Assembly: GCA_964577805.1 (NCBI GenBank)
Contig: CAZOAG010000001.1
Span: 174,192 to 206,191, forward strand
Direction of reading: 5' to 3'
Origin: an uncultured Opitutales bacterium
GTDB taxonomy: Bacteria > Verrucomicrobiota > Verrucomicrobiia > Opitutales > JAIRKQ01
DNA: 32,000 bases
Below, piece by piece: positions 9,209-18,237 of this stretch. The notes under the pieces are model-generated. The model had not been told where the DNA came from, made no database searches, and saw nothing but the letters and a program-made list of their open reading frames with translations. Each line of letters starts with the position of its first letter. The stretch's first letter is position 1. The position numbers and the translations under genes are program-made.

Positions 9209-10354
9209 TTGCCTGGTGAAATTAATCGCGGAATGACGCATGAAAGCACTATGGCAGCAATCAATCGATTTTCACCATCAGATCCGAAGGAAATGTCATT
9301 ATCTGAATTGATGACATGTATGATGATGATGGTTTACCAGTCAGAAAGTGAACGACGTGAGGCATTGCAAACAGCCAAGGGCTCTCAATTGTTGATACAG
9401 ATGGATCAAGCACGTATGGCGTGGGGGCAATCACGGGAAGCAGCAGAAAAAGAATTTTCTAATGCACTGATGACGTCAATCGGGACAATATGTTCAGGTG
9501 TTGTTTCTGCAGGAATTGGAATCGCAGGAGCAGCTGTTCAAGGCGCCACCAGCTATTATAATAATAAAATTCAGGCCAATAATCAAACAATACAAAAGGC
9601 ACAGTTGGCAGGTAAAGTTGGTGATTTGCAGAAAAACGCAGAAAACATTGCTGAAAACAATGCACAAGAGATTGCTAAAAACGAGCAAACGATTAAAGAC
9701 AAGGAAGCAAAGCTGGGGGATGAAAACGCTTCGAAAGAAGACAAAGACAAATTAGAAAACGAAATTGAACGGTTGTCAGAAGAAATAAAAGCATTAACAG
9801 CAGAAAACGAAAAACTTGGTTTCGGTATAAATTTTGATGAAAAAGGCGCACTAATTAAAAATTCCAGTGGTGAAATAAACTACGATGAAACGAGACTAAA
9901 AGATGATCCGATTTTCAAGCAGATCAAAGAATTAGGTGGAGAAATGCATGGAGATGGCACAATAACAGACAAGGGCAGCAGTGTGCCGTGGGGGAAAGAT
10001 GATAAAGGCAACTCTATTGAAATAAAAAATCTGCAAGATGAAAACACAGGCCTCGAATCGAAAGTAAAAAGTTTGAGCAGTTGGACCAACGGATTGCAAA
10101 GTGCATCCGCCATAGGCCAAGTATTTGCAGGTGGTTTTCAGATAGGTGCTGCATACGCACAAAAAGATGCAGCATTCTTGCGTGCCGAGGCACAACTGAC
10201 CGATGCATTTCGAAATTTTTCTGGTCAGTTGGTAAGCAACATCGACCAATCTGCAGAACAAGCACTTCGCCAGATGGGTACGCTGATCAGCAGTTTAAAA
10301 GAAGTATTTCGTGCTGCATACGACATTGAATGTTCTATAGCACGGAATATTTAA
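9209..10354 (+). CDS. Orphan membrane/coiled-coil protein with type III secretion translocator-like architecture (family member A)
   Basis: Clear ORF of 381 aa, with a GAGG about 8 nt upstream of a TTG start. It has no Sec signal peptide. It carries a Met-rich helix (MSLSELMTCMMMMVY), a G/A/V/I-rich TM segment (IGTICSGVVSAGIGIAGAAVQGA), a long E/K/N coiled coil, a second hydrophobic patch (ASAIGQVFAGGFQIGAAYA), and an amphipathic C-terminus ending SIARNI. I am confident the CDS is real; the functional call is inference. Confidence 0.45.
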   Translation: MPGEINRGMTHESTMAAINRFSPSDPKEMSLSELMTCMMMMVYQSESERREALQTAKGSQLLIQMDQARMAWGQSREAAEKEFSNALMTSIGTICSGVVSAGIGIAGAAVQGATSYYNNKIQANNQTIQKAQLAGKVGDLQKNAENIAENNAQEIAKNEQTIKDKEAKLGDENASKEDKDKLENEIERLSEEIKALTAENEKLGFGINFDEKGALIKNSSGEINYDETRLKDDPIFKQIKELGGEMHGDGTITDKGSSVPWGKDDKGNSIEIKNLQDENTGLESKVKSLSSWTNGLQSASAIGQVFAGGFQIGAAYAQKDAAFLRAEAQLTDAFRNFSGQLVSNIDQSAEQALRQMGTLISSLKEVFRAAYDIECSIARNI

Positions 10355-10362
10355 AGCAATTG

Positions 10363-11334
10363 TCACTTGCGATATATCTCTCGCGTTTTGTCATTTGTGC
10401 AATATCCGTCAATGGTGTCAAAATTTAGGGCCTTATTGGATTCAAAATCCAAAATTCTCAAATGTGGAGGTAATGGTTCAAACACTGGTTGCGTGCGTAC
10501 CATTTGTCCATTTACTATCGTGAAGTTCGGCGAATGCGGGTTTACATTGTTCGATAGAGGGGCACGCTTGTTTTTTCCGTTTTCATACAGTGGAGAGCGT
10601 ATTGTAAACGGATGGTATTTCATTAGCTTAGTACTATATTTCATGCTGTTACATTCACAACACTCGCTCCCGCACCTACGCGATAATTTATATTCCGTCT
10701 TTCCATCTACAGAAGAATACACACAAACATGGCCGGAATACCCTGTTCCAATTTTACGGCCATCATCTGTGTACTTCAAAGATCTAAGGTATTCTCCCCC
10801 GATTATTGAATACCACTTATCGCGATCTGATGGTTTGATTGTTATTCCTAGAAAAGATGTTTCGCGGTCCATCAACGGTCTGCATCTCATTTCCTGACCA
10901 GGATTTTTGGCTAAAAACTCAGCACGGAATCTATCATGCTCTGTTCTCAGTTCAATATATTTCTGTTCAATTAAAGCAAGCAAACGATCCTCATATGGTT
11001 TACACATTGCGGGTGCCGACTTTATGTTGGCTTCGCGTTGCCTGAGTGTTGAAGAAGAAACATAATATGAGGAGCTGCTGTTATAGCTTGTAGTATTGTG
11101 CGATTGTTGAAGAATGAGATTTGTTACCCGTTGTTCCGCCTCAAATTGTCGTCGCATTTCTTCGTTATGACGTTGCATTTCTCGTTGCGTCTCTTCATAC
11201 CGCCTCCTGTCGGCCTCACGCTGCATCTCATCCATTCGACGTCGGTTTTCTTGTTGTATCCTGTCGTAATTTTGTCTTTGGTAAAAATCTGACATATCTC
11301 TTTGCTGACGACTCCAGTAATTATCATAACTCAT
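10363..11334 (-). CDS. Hypothetical protein with an R/E/Q/M-rich charged N-terminal repeat region and a Cys cluster
   Basis: The ATG at 11334 is preceded by a strong RBS (AAGAGGGGA). The ORF-track start at 11436 is probably an upstream extension. The N-terminus is MSYDNYWSRQQRD...RRRMDEMQREADRRRYEETQREMQRHNEEMRRQFEAEQR, followed by a Ser/Tyr-rich linker and a globular part containing CGSECCECNS. I recognised no family. Confidence 0.7.
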   Translation of the reverse strand: MSYDNYWSRQQRDMSDFYQRQNYDRIQQENRRRMDEMQREADRRRYEETQREMQRHNEEMRRQFEAEQRVTNLILQQSHNTTSYNSSSSYYVSSSTLRQREANIKSAPAMCKPYEDRLLALIEQKYIELRTEHDRFRAEFLAKNPGQEMRCRPLMDRETSFLGITIKPSDRDKWYSIIGGEYLRSLKYTDDGRKIGTGYSGHVCVYSSVDGKTEYKLSRRCGSECCECNSMKYSTKLMKYHPFTIRSPLYENGKNKRAPLSNNVNPHSPNFTIVNGQMVRTQPVFEPLPPHLRILDFESNKALNFDTIDGYCTNDKTREIYRK

Positions 11335-11602
11335 AGTACATCCCCTCTTACAGGGAGCACCGCTATTCCGAAAAATATAACAAGTCAATGAAAAAACAGT
11401 ATTTTTGCGTCGTAACTGTTGGCTATGTAAAAACATCGATAATATTTATTGTATGAATAAAATAACTCTACTAGATCTATGCCAATTGTTGTGTGCTGCA
11501 CATCGTTAACACACAAAAATCATCAATTAAAGAAATTTAAGATTAACGACAGTCTGTAAAGATTTTTTGATTGCTAATAAAGAAAAATTCTTAACCTTTG
11601 GG

Positions 11603-11702
11603 AGTGTCAGGTTTTTTGCAATGACGAGCCGACGAACCCCGCCAGGTCCGGAAGGAAGCAACGGTAGTCAGGATATCTCATGTGCGAAAATTGCCTGGCG
11701 TT
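11603..11702 (+). ncRNA. ffs: Signal recognition particle RNA (small/4.5S type)
   Basis: It contains the near-universal SRP helix 8 sequence CCAGGTCCGGAAGGAAGCA(ACGG). The 5' TGTCAGG (11605-11611) pairs with the 3' CCTGGCG (11694-11700) to close a long hairpin, which is followed by a T-run. The ends are approximate. Confidence 0.85.
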
Positions 11703-11872
11703 TTTTATTTGTGATTGTTTTCTACATTTTTGTGAATTGACAGGATAAATCTCTGTTTTATGTCCTGTGCTTAAATGTTACATGTTTATGTTGTGTGAAA
11801 GTTTTACCACGGCTATATCATTCTGGATGAAATCTTTTTAATATTGTCCAATATGACCTTTCATAATTTTCT

Positions 11873-12772
11873 TCATTTGAAAAGTTCATGTTCGATGTTT
11901 CGTGCAGAATATACAAACGTTCGAATGTCGTTTATTGCCTCTTGAGATTCATCCAATAAGTAATGTCCTGCCATTTGATATATTTTATATTTAGCATTTG
12001 GAAGAACTTTGGCCCATCGTTGTAACACATCGAAATTGTAAAGAAAATCATTATCTGCCCAGAAGAATTTGATCTTCTTGTTGTTTAAAATAAAGGCTTT
12101 TTCTTCAATCTGTTCCAATAATGGTAGAGATGGATGATTTGGTAACCATGGGATATCAACAATACCATCAGCAATACATCCACGTGATAATATTTTTTTA
12201 AATGGCCATAAATATCCATGTCGAACATTATCTGGCAATACACCGATTGTTCCAAAATGCATACTCGCACGTAAAAAGAAATTACACATTCTTGAAAATA
12301 TTGAAACTACGAGCGGTAATTTGAAAAATGTCAATAGCATAGGTATACGTGGCAACATGAATGAATATGAGTTTAGAAATGATAAACTACTAATGCGTTC
12401 AGGCCATCGTTCTGCCATAGCAAGTGCTATGATTGCACCAAAATCCTGTGCAACAATGTGAAATTTTTTAAAATGCATATTCTCGGCAAATGATATTCCA
12501 TTATCAATATGCTGCTGAATATTATAATTATATCGCCATGGTTTATCAGATAACCCATACCCTATATTATCCGGTGCGATACATTTGAAATCATTCCGCA
12601 TCAATAAAATAAGGTTTCTAAAAAAAAATGACCAATTTGGATGTCCGTGGAGAAATAATACTGTCTCCCCTGCCCCTTCATCAATGTAATGCATCTTCTT
12701 ACCATCCCGCAATCGTAAATAATGACTACGGAATGGATACAATTTCTGCAAAAAATTTGGTAATTGCTCCAC
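11873..12772 (-). CDS. Alpha/beta-fold hydrolase of the haloalkane dehalogenase/epoxide hydrolase-like subgroup (Asp nucleophile)
   Basis: VLFLHGHPNWSFFFRNLI (compare the HGxP-x-S-x2-WR box). HIVAQDFGAIIAL places the nucleophile elbow with Asp. A C-terminal GHYLLDE supplies the catalytic His. Confidence 0.75.
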   Translation of the reverse strand: MEQLPNFLQKLYPFRSHYLRLRDGKKMHYIDEGAGETVLFLHGHPNWSFFFRNLILLMRNDFKCIAPDNIGYGLSDKPWRYNYNIQQHIDNGISFAENMHFKKFHIVAQDFGAIIALAMAERWPERISSLSFLNSYSFMLPRIPMLLTFFKLPLVVSIFSRMCNFFLRASMHFGTIGVLPDNVRHGYLWPFKKILSRGCIADGIVDIPWLPNHPSLPLLEQIEEKAFILNNKKIKFFWADNDFLYNFDVLQRWAKVLPNAKYKIYQMAGHYLLDESQEAINDIRTFVYSARNIEHELFK

Positions 12773-12853
12773 AACAGGGAAGATAAAGTAATCAAATACT
12801 AAGGAAGTACAAACAAAAACAAATTATATATATTTCTGATAAAATTTTGAAAA

Positions 12854-13399
12854 TTACTTATCGCGGAATAGCGTTTGTAGTGCTTGAGATCCTTTGTCAC
12901 CGACTTTTGATGCAACATCCAATACTATCGACATTTGCATGACTTCATATTGGATACGCATAAGGTCTTGTTGCGACATGTCTGGCTTTTTTGTCAGCTC
13001 AACAACAACATTTGTAATGCGCTCCAATCGATGTCTAACAACAGATACAAAATCATCAAAACGTTCGGCAAATATTGTCTGTTTAGCATCAACGCGCATA
13101 CGTTCTAATTTTAAAAACGTTTCAGGAGTAACAGAATTTATATCTCCTAATGCCATGCGAATAGCAGCAGCTTCGCCAGCATCAGAAGCAGATAACCCTT
13201 CTATTGAAGATCTCAGGTTTTGTGTGATTCTTGTTGGATCCGCTTGGGCACCATCAATAATATCTTTTATTTTCTGAGCATCTCCAAGCTGTTGACCAGA
13301 CAGCTCATCTTTCATCATATTTTGTACCATGGCACGGAGTTGTTCCATTTGTACTTCTTCCATGCCTATACTTGTTGCTCCAACACTTTCTACACCCAT
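12854..13399 (-). CDS. Hypothetical protein with a YscI/PrgJ/SctI (T3S inner rod)-like C-terminus
   Basis: 181 aa, with RBS AAGGGGA before the ATG. The C-terminal QDLMRIQYEVMQMSIVLDVASKVGDKGSQALQTLFRDK resembles the YscI C-terminus as I recall it (NDLMLMQWSLIRITIQEELIAKTAGRMSQNVETLSKGG). The N-terminal 120 aa are not recognisable. Confidence 0.45.
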   Translation of the reverse strand: MGVESVGATSIGMEEVQMEQLRAMVQNMMKDELSGQQLGDAQKIKDIIDGAQADPTRITQNLRSSIEGLSASDAGEAAAIRMALGDINSVTPETFLKLERMRVDAKQTIFAERFDDFVSVVRHRLERITNVVVELTKKPDMSQQDLMRIQYEVMQMSIVLDVASKVGDKGSQALQTLFRDK

Positions 13400-13458
13400 A
13401 TTTCCCCTTTTTCGCTGTATTTAAAAAATATTACAATATAACCTCTTAATAACTAGAA

Positions 13459-13487
13459 ATATTAGCAATGTTATTTCGAAATTTCAA
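13459..13487 (-). promoter_or_regulatory. Sigma-70-like promoter candidate for the SctI-like gene
   Basis: On the minus strand: TTGAAA (13487-13482), a 17 nt spacer, then TAATAT (13464-13459). It lies between the rpoD stop (13495) and the ATG at 13399. Confidence 0.4.
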
Positions 13488-13494
13488 TACAAAA

Positions 13495-15207
13495 TTACAC
13501 ATCGTCATCTGTTATGAAATTTTCAAAACCAGGACCATCTGATTGCAATTCATTATCAAAAAATCCATGTAATTGTCGAATACGCGTCGGATGGCGCATT
13601 TTTCGTAGTGCTTTAGCCTCAATTTGTCGAATACGTTCGCGTGTGACATTAAACATTTGGCCAACTTCTTCAAGTGTACGACTATACCCATCTTTCAGTC
13701 CAAAACGCAATGTCAAAACTTCGCGTTCGCGTGGTGTCAAACTATCCAAAACAGACCCTATTTTATCTCTGAGCAGACTAAATGCAGTCATATCATATGG
13801 ATTTTCTGCATTCTTATCCTCGATAAAATCACCAAAGCTAGAATCTTCATTGTCGCCAACAGGATTTTGCAATGATATCGGTTGTTGTGCCATTTTCATG
13901 ATCGACTGCACGCGCTCAAGAGGCATTTTTACCTCTTTTGCGACATCCTCAGGTGTTGGCTCATGTCCCAATTCTTGCATCAATTGTTTTTGCGCCTGCA
14001 TTACACGATTCAATGACTCTATCATATGTACAGGAATTCGAATAGTACGTGCTTGATCAGCAATGGAACGTGTAATTGCCTGACGTATCCACCATGTCGC
14101 ATATGTAGAAAATTTATATCCGCGGCGATATTCAAATTTTTCTACTGCTTTCATCAGGCCCATATTCCCTTCTTGAATAGAATCCAGGAACGACAGTCCA
14201 CGATTAGTATATTTTTTAGCAATACTTATGACCAATCGTAAATTTGCCTCTACCATTTCACGTTTGGCCTTGTATGCTTCGTTCATGTGGAACTTGAACG
14301 CTTTGATTATATCAACTAGCCGTTTAGGGTCCGCTTCATGTTTTAATTCAAACTTACGCAATGCTTTTTGTATACGACCAATTGCTTCCTGTTGTCCTGT
14401 ATCACCATTCTCGACTGCTCTATTTGCACGTTCCAAATCGAGATACAATTGATTGATTTGACGCACATCAGGACGTAACTTTGCTAACGGTTCTTCAAAT
14501 ATTTTCATTTTAAAACAGAACCGTTTCAACACTGTTTTCAATTGATTTTGAAATTGTTTCAACCGTGTTTCTGTTGCTTTTATTTTTTCAGAATCACCAC
14601 TTTCTTTTGCATCTTGATAATTCTTCCAAGATTCTTTGACCTTCGAAAATAGCATCTTACTGTCTTGTACAGCACGAGCTAGCATCGTGTAATATGCTTC
14701 TCTACTTTCAATTTTTTTATCAAGTACAATTCTATCGAATCGCTCATCACGACACAATAATTTTTCTGCAAGATCGATCTGGAATTCTGCTGTCAAATGA
14801 ATCGAGAATAACTCATCCTGCGCTCGCAATTCTTCTCGTTCAATAGTCTTTGAAATTGATACTTCTTGTGCTCGTGTCAACAATGGAACCTGTCCCATTT
14901 GCCGAAGATACATTCGAACAGGGTCTTCAATATTGTCTGCAGATGGAGATTTCGGAGCGGCCATCTCCTCTTCCATCTTCGATTGATACTGTTCAACTTC
15001 TTCCGTATCAAGTATTTCAATATTTAAATTTTCTAAAATATTGATGATATTTTCTGCTTCTTTAGGGTTCGTCAGTGCACCTGGTAATGTAGCATTAATA
15101 TCTTGTAATGATACATAACCACGTTGACGTGCTAACCTAATAAGTTCTTGAATCCTGGCATTGGCATCCACTGTTGTGCCACTATTATTTTCATCTGACT
15201 TCGTCAT
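13495..15207 (-). CDS. rpoD: RNA polymerase primary sigma factor (sigma-70 family)
   Basis: Region 2 ([32 protein letters not shown]), region 3, and region 4 ([15 protein letters not shown]...[30 protein letters not shown]). It is 570 aa and directly follows dnaG. Confidence 0.95.
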   Translation of the reverse strand: MTKSDENNSGTTVDANARIQELIRLARQRGYVSLQDINATLPGALTNPKEAENIINILENLNIEILDTEEVEQYQSKMEEEMAAPKSPSADNIEDPVRMYLRQMGQVPLLTRAQEVSISKTIEREELRAQDELFSIHLTAEFQIDLAEKLLCRDERFDRIVLDKKIESREAYYTMLARAVQDSKMLFSKVKESWKNYQDAKESGDSEKIKATETRLKQFQNQLKTVLKRFCFKMKIFEEPLAKLRPDVRQINQLYLDLERANRAVENGDTGQQEAIGRIQKALRKFELKHEADPKRLVDIIKAFKFHMNEAYKAKREMVEANLRLVISIAKKYTNRGLSFLDSIQEGNMGLMKAVEKFEYRRGYKFSTYATWWIRQAITRSIADQARTIRIPVHMIESLNRVMQAQKQLMQELGHEPTPEDVAKEVKMPLERVQSIMKMAQQPISLQNPVGDNEDSSFGDFIEDKNAENPYDMTAFSLLRDKIGSVLDSLTPREREVLTLRFGLKDGYSRTLEEVGQMFNVTRERIRQIEAKALRKMRHPTRIRQLHGFFDNELQSDGPGFENFITDDDV

Positions 15208-15219
15208 CGCGCTTATCTG

Positions 15220-17055
15220 TCACTGTAAAATCTGAGGGTGCTGTCTCAACATCGCCCGCAAATCCATCCTACGATTTTGTAGGGTTCTTATCGTATCGAC
15301 TTCGTCAAGAGAAATTTTGCGAAATTTTTCATCGATTGCATTAATTTCCCTTTTTACACTATCAATATGCAATTTTTTTATGCATAAATTTGCCACATTA
15401 ATGGCATCAATTTCTTCATCGACCTCCGATATTAATGTATATGCAAGATTCTTTTCTTCATCAGAAAACAACGATGTATTATCAAATGATAACATACCAT
15501 CCCACATTCCTTCGCGAACTTCATTTAATATTTTCAATAATAGCTGTCCGGCTTGGCAGTTCAATTGTTGTAAAAATGGCATGTCTATAAATTCTGCTAC
15601 AGAACGAGCTATTGTGTTATTTAACAAACAAACAGATAATAATTGTGATGCTGCAGAATTGATTTTAGACGACGGTTGTTTGCCATTTTTTTGTGGCCAA
15701 ATAGTTGGTGTAGTAGTAAATTTACGTTTTGTAAGAAATGATTTAAAATCTTCCCCGATAGCATGACGGTCAAATCCTGCTACTATAGATAATTCATCTA
15801 GATAACTTTCTCTAGCAATAGATGATTCAGATGCAGCAATTACTTCATAAATGTTTGTCATTGTTGCTGCTTTTTCTTGTGCAGACAATGCAGATTTTTT
15901 ATTCAATAATTGCGACACAAGGAATTTAATACTAGACATTCCATATTTTTGAATATCAGCAAATCTATTATGGAAATCTTGTGAAAAAAAACTATCTGGA
16001 TCTTGCCCTGCTGGAAGTATAAAAAATGTAATATCCAGACCTGCAATCATAGCCATTGGAAGTATGCGCAATGCTGCTTTCTGTCCTGCAGAATCACCAT
16101 CCAATGAACAATTTATATGTGTAGTATATCGACGAATCATATTCAGTTGTGTATCAGTTATAGCTGTTCCTTGTGGCGCTATCGCTGTATTTATACCACA
16201 TTCCCAACATCGTATCACATCAAATTGTCCTTCAACCAACCACAATGCCGACTCTTCGTCAACATATTGCCTAGCATGGTATAATCCGAATAGTAAATTC
16301 CCTTTATGAAAAATATCAGTTTCAGGTGAATTTATATATTTAGCATCTAAAAAGCTATCATCAGGCGTAACATCTTTTATGAACCTTGACGAAAATCCAA
16401 CTACCCTACACTGAATATCATGTATAGGAATTATCATACGATTTCGAAATCGTAATATTCCGCGCGTAACATCTTTTTCATCATCTTTGTAATAAAATAT
16501 TCCGCAGGCTTTTATTGCATCTTGTCCAAACCCAGCATCTAACATTGATTGAATCAATATTTTACTATCGCATCCAGCATACCCTATTTCATACTTTTTT
16601 GCTACGTCCAAAGAAAAATTACGTTCTTTTTCCCAATAATTTCGTAATTTTTGTGCTTCAGTAGTATTTGCCCAAAACTGTTTTATAAACATTTTATGAG
16701 CAAACGCATTGATGTCATACAATGATTTCCGAGAATATTGCTGTTTAACACTGTTGTTAGATTTTTCATACTCTATAGGAAGATTAAACCGATTTGCGAT
16801 AATTTCTACTGCTTCAGCAAATGTCACCTTTTCTTGCAATTGAACAAATCTAAAAATATCACCAGCATTGCCAGAACTAAAACATCGGAACATTCTTTTT
16901 GCTGGCATTACAAAGAACGATGGTGTTTTTTCTGGATTGAACGGGCTCAGTCCTCTCCAATTGGCGCCACATCGTTTTAATGCGACATATGGCGATACAA
17001 CATCATAAACATCAACAGCATTTTTTATTTTTTCTATACAACTACGTGTAATCAT
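15220..17055 (-). CDS. dnaG: DNA primase DnaG (degenerate zinc-binding domain)
   Basis: PEKTPSFFV box. TOPRIM motifs (LVEGQFDVI, SLDGDSAGQKAA). Classic dnaG-rpoD arrangement. TGA stop. Confidence 0.92.
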   Translation of the reverse strand: MITRSCIEKIKNAVDVYDVVSPYVALKRCGANWRGLSPFNPEKTPSFFVMPAKRMFRCFSSGNAGDIFRFVQLQEKVTFAEAVEIIANRFNLPIEYEKSNNSVKQQYSRKSLYDINAFAHKMFIKQFWANTTEAQKLRNYWEKERNFSLDVAKKYEIGYAGCDSKILIQSMLDAGFGQDAIKACGIFYYKDDEKDVTRGILRFRNRMIIPIHDIQCRVVGFSSRFIKDVTPDDSFLDAKYINSPETDIFHKGNLLFGLYHARQYVDEESALWLVEGQFDVIRCWECGINTAIAPQGTAITDTQLNMIRRYTTHINCSLDGDSAGQKAALRILPMAMIAGLDITFFILPAGQDPDSFFSQDFHNRFADIQKYGMSSIKFLVSQLLNKKSALSAQEKAATMTNIYEVIAASESSIARESYLDELSIVAGFDRHAIGEDFKSFLTKRKFTTTPTIWPQKNGKQPSSKINSAASQLLSVCLLNNTIARSVAEFIDMPFLQQLNCQAGQLLLKILNEVREGMWDGMLSFDNTSLFSDEEKNLAYTLISEVDEEIDAINVANLCIKKLHIDSVKREINAIDEKFRKISLDEVDTIRTLQNRRMDLRAMLRQHPQILQ

Positions 17056-17210
17056 TGGTTAACAAGCGCAGGGATAATTTCTTGCACGTTTAAAACATAT
17101 ATTATGAATTTTTCAATGGCAAAAGCCATTCTAAATTATTATAAAAGAAATAACCATCATCGCATTATTCCACATTGACACAAATATTTGAAAAAGTTAG
17201 TTGATTGTCC

Positions 17211-18128
17211 ATGAATTCACTTCCGAAAATTATTATATTATGTGGTGGAGGTTCCTCGTCAGAACGTGAAGTTTCATTGATATCCGGAGAGAATATTTAT
17301 CAATCATGTAAAGATGTTTTCGATGTAAGGAAAGTCATCTTGAATGATGACCGTTTGCCAGAAGAAATTTTACAAGAAAAAAATGCGATTATTTTTCCTA
17401 TAACACATGGTGAGTTCGGAGAAGATGGTCAATTGCAGTCATTGCTGGAAGAAAATGGATTTACGTTCGTTGGGTGTGATTCTGCATCTAGTGCACTTTG
17501 CATGGATAAATATCGTGCAAAAATGGCAGTTGCTGATGCAGGAGTTCCCGTGATTGATGGTATAAAATTTACTCAATTCAGTGCAAATGATGTTATTGAA
17601 GAATTGCTGTATCCTGTGTTTATAAAGCCTAATGACAAAGGAAGCAGCGTTGATGCTCATATTGCAAACACTAAAGAAGATTTTCAAAATTTAATAAAAG
17701 ATTTATCTCCGACGACGGAATATTTGGCAGAAAAAAAGATCAATGGTTGTGATATGACCGTCGGTCTGCTCGATGGGAAAGCATTGGAGATCGTTGAAAT
17801 CCATCCATCATCCGAATTTTTTACGTATGATAACAAATACACGTCTGGACATGCCAATGAGATCTGCCCAGCACAGATAAGTAATGATTTAACAAATTCC
17901 ATTAAACATTATGCTGAAATGGCATATCGTGCTTGCAAATGTCGTGATTGGGCACGTGCAGATTTCATGTTAACAGAAACAGGCGATATTTATTTCCTTG
18001 AAATGAATACGTTGCCAGGCATGACAAACGAGAGCTTATTTCCAAAATCTGCAAAAGCAGCAGGAATCGACATTGTATCATTGTTTGGACGTTTGATATA
18101 TTTGGCAAAAAATCGCGTAAATAGTTAA
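17211..18128 (+). CDS. ddl: D-alanine--D-alanine ligase
   Basis: ILCGGGSSSEREVSLISG N-terminus. ATP-grasp core (VFIKPNDKGSSVD...; RADFMLTETGDIYFLEMNTLPGMT). A TTG at 17205 is an alternative start. Confidence 0.9.
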   Translation: MNSLPKIIILCGGGSSSEREVSLISGENIYQSCKDVFDVRKVILNDDRLPEEILQEKNAIIFPITHGEFGEDGQLQSLLEENGFTFVGCDSASSALCMDKYRAKMAVADAGVPVIDGIKFTQFSANDVIEELLYPVFIKPNDKGSSVDAHIANTKEDFQNLIKDLSPTTEYLAEKKINGCDMTVGLLDGKALEIVEIHPSSEFFTYDNKYTSGHANEICPAQISNDLTNSIKHYAEMAYRACKCRDWARADFMLTETGDIYFLEMNTLPGMTNESLFPKSAKAAGIDIVSLFGRLIYLAKNRVNS

Positions 18129-18237
18129 TAATGTAGAAACAAACAAAAATGGCATTGATATTTACACCGTGTCCACACAAATGCAATACCTAGACAACTT
18201 GATATTGCATCGAAATATAGCAAACGAGACTTTGTAA

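Noticed and set aside
11639-11700. CGCCAGG (11639-11645) is perfectly complementary to CCTGGCG (11694-11700), suggesting a separate terminator hairpin distinct from the SRP RNA.
   Set aside because: CCAGG at 11641-11645 is part of the conserved SRP helix 8 motif. The 3' CCTGGCG pairs equally well with the 5' TGTCAGG (11605-11611) to close the full SRP RNA hairpin, which itself ends in a T-run. No extra element is needed.
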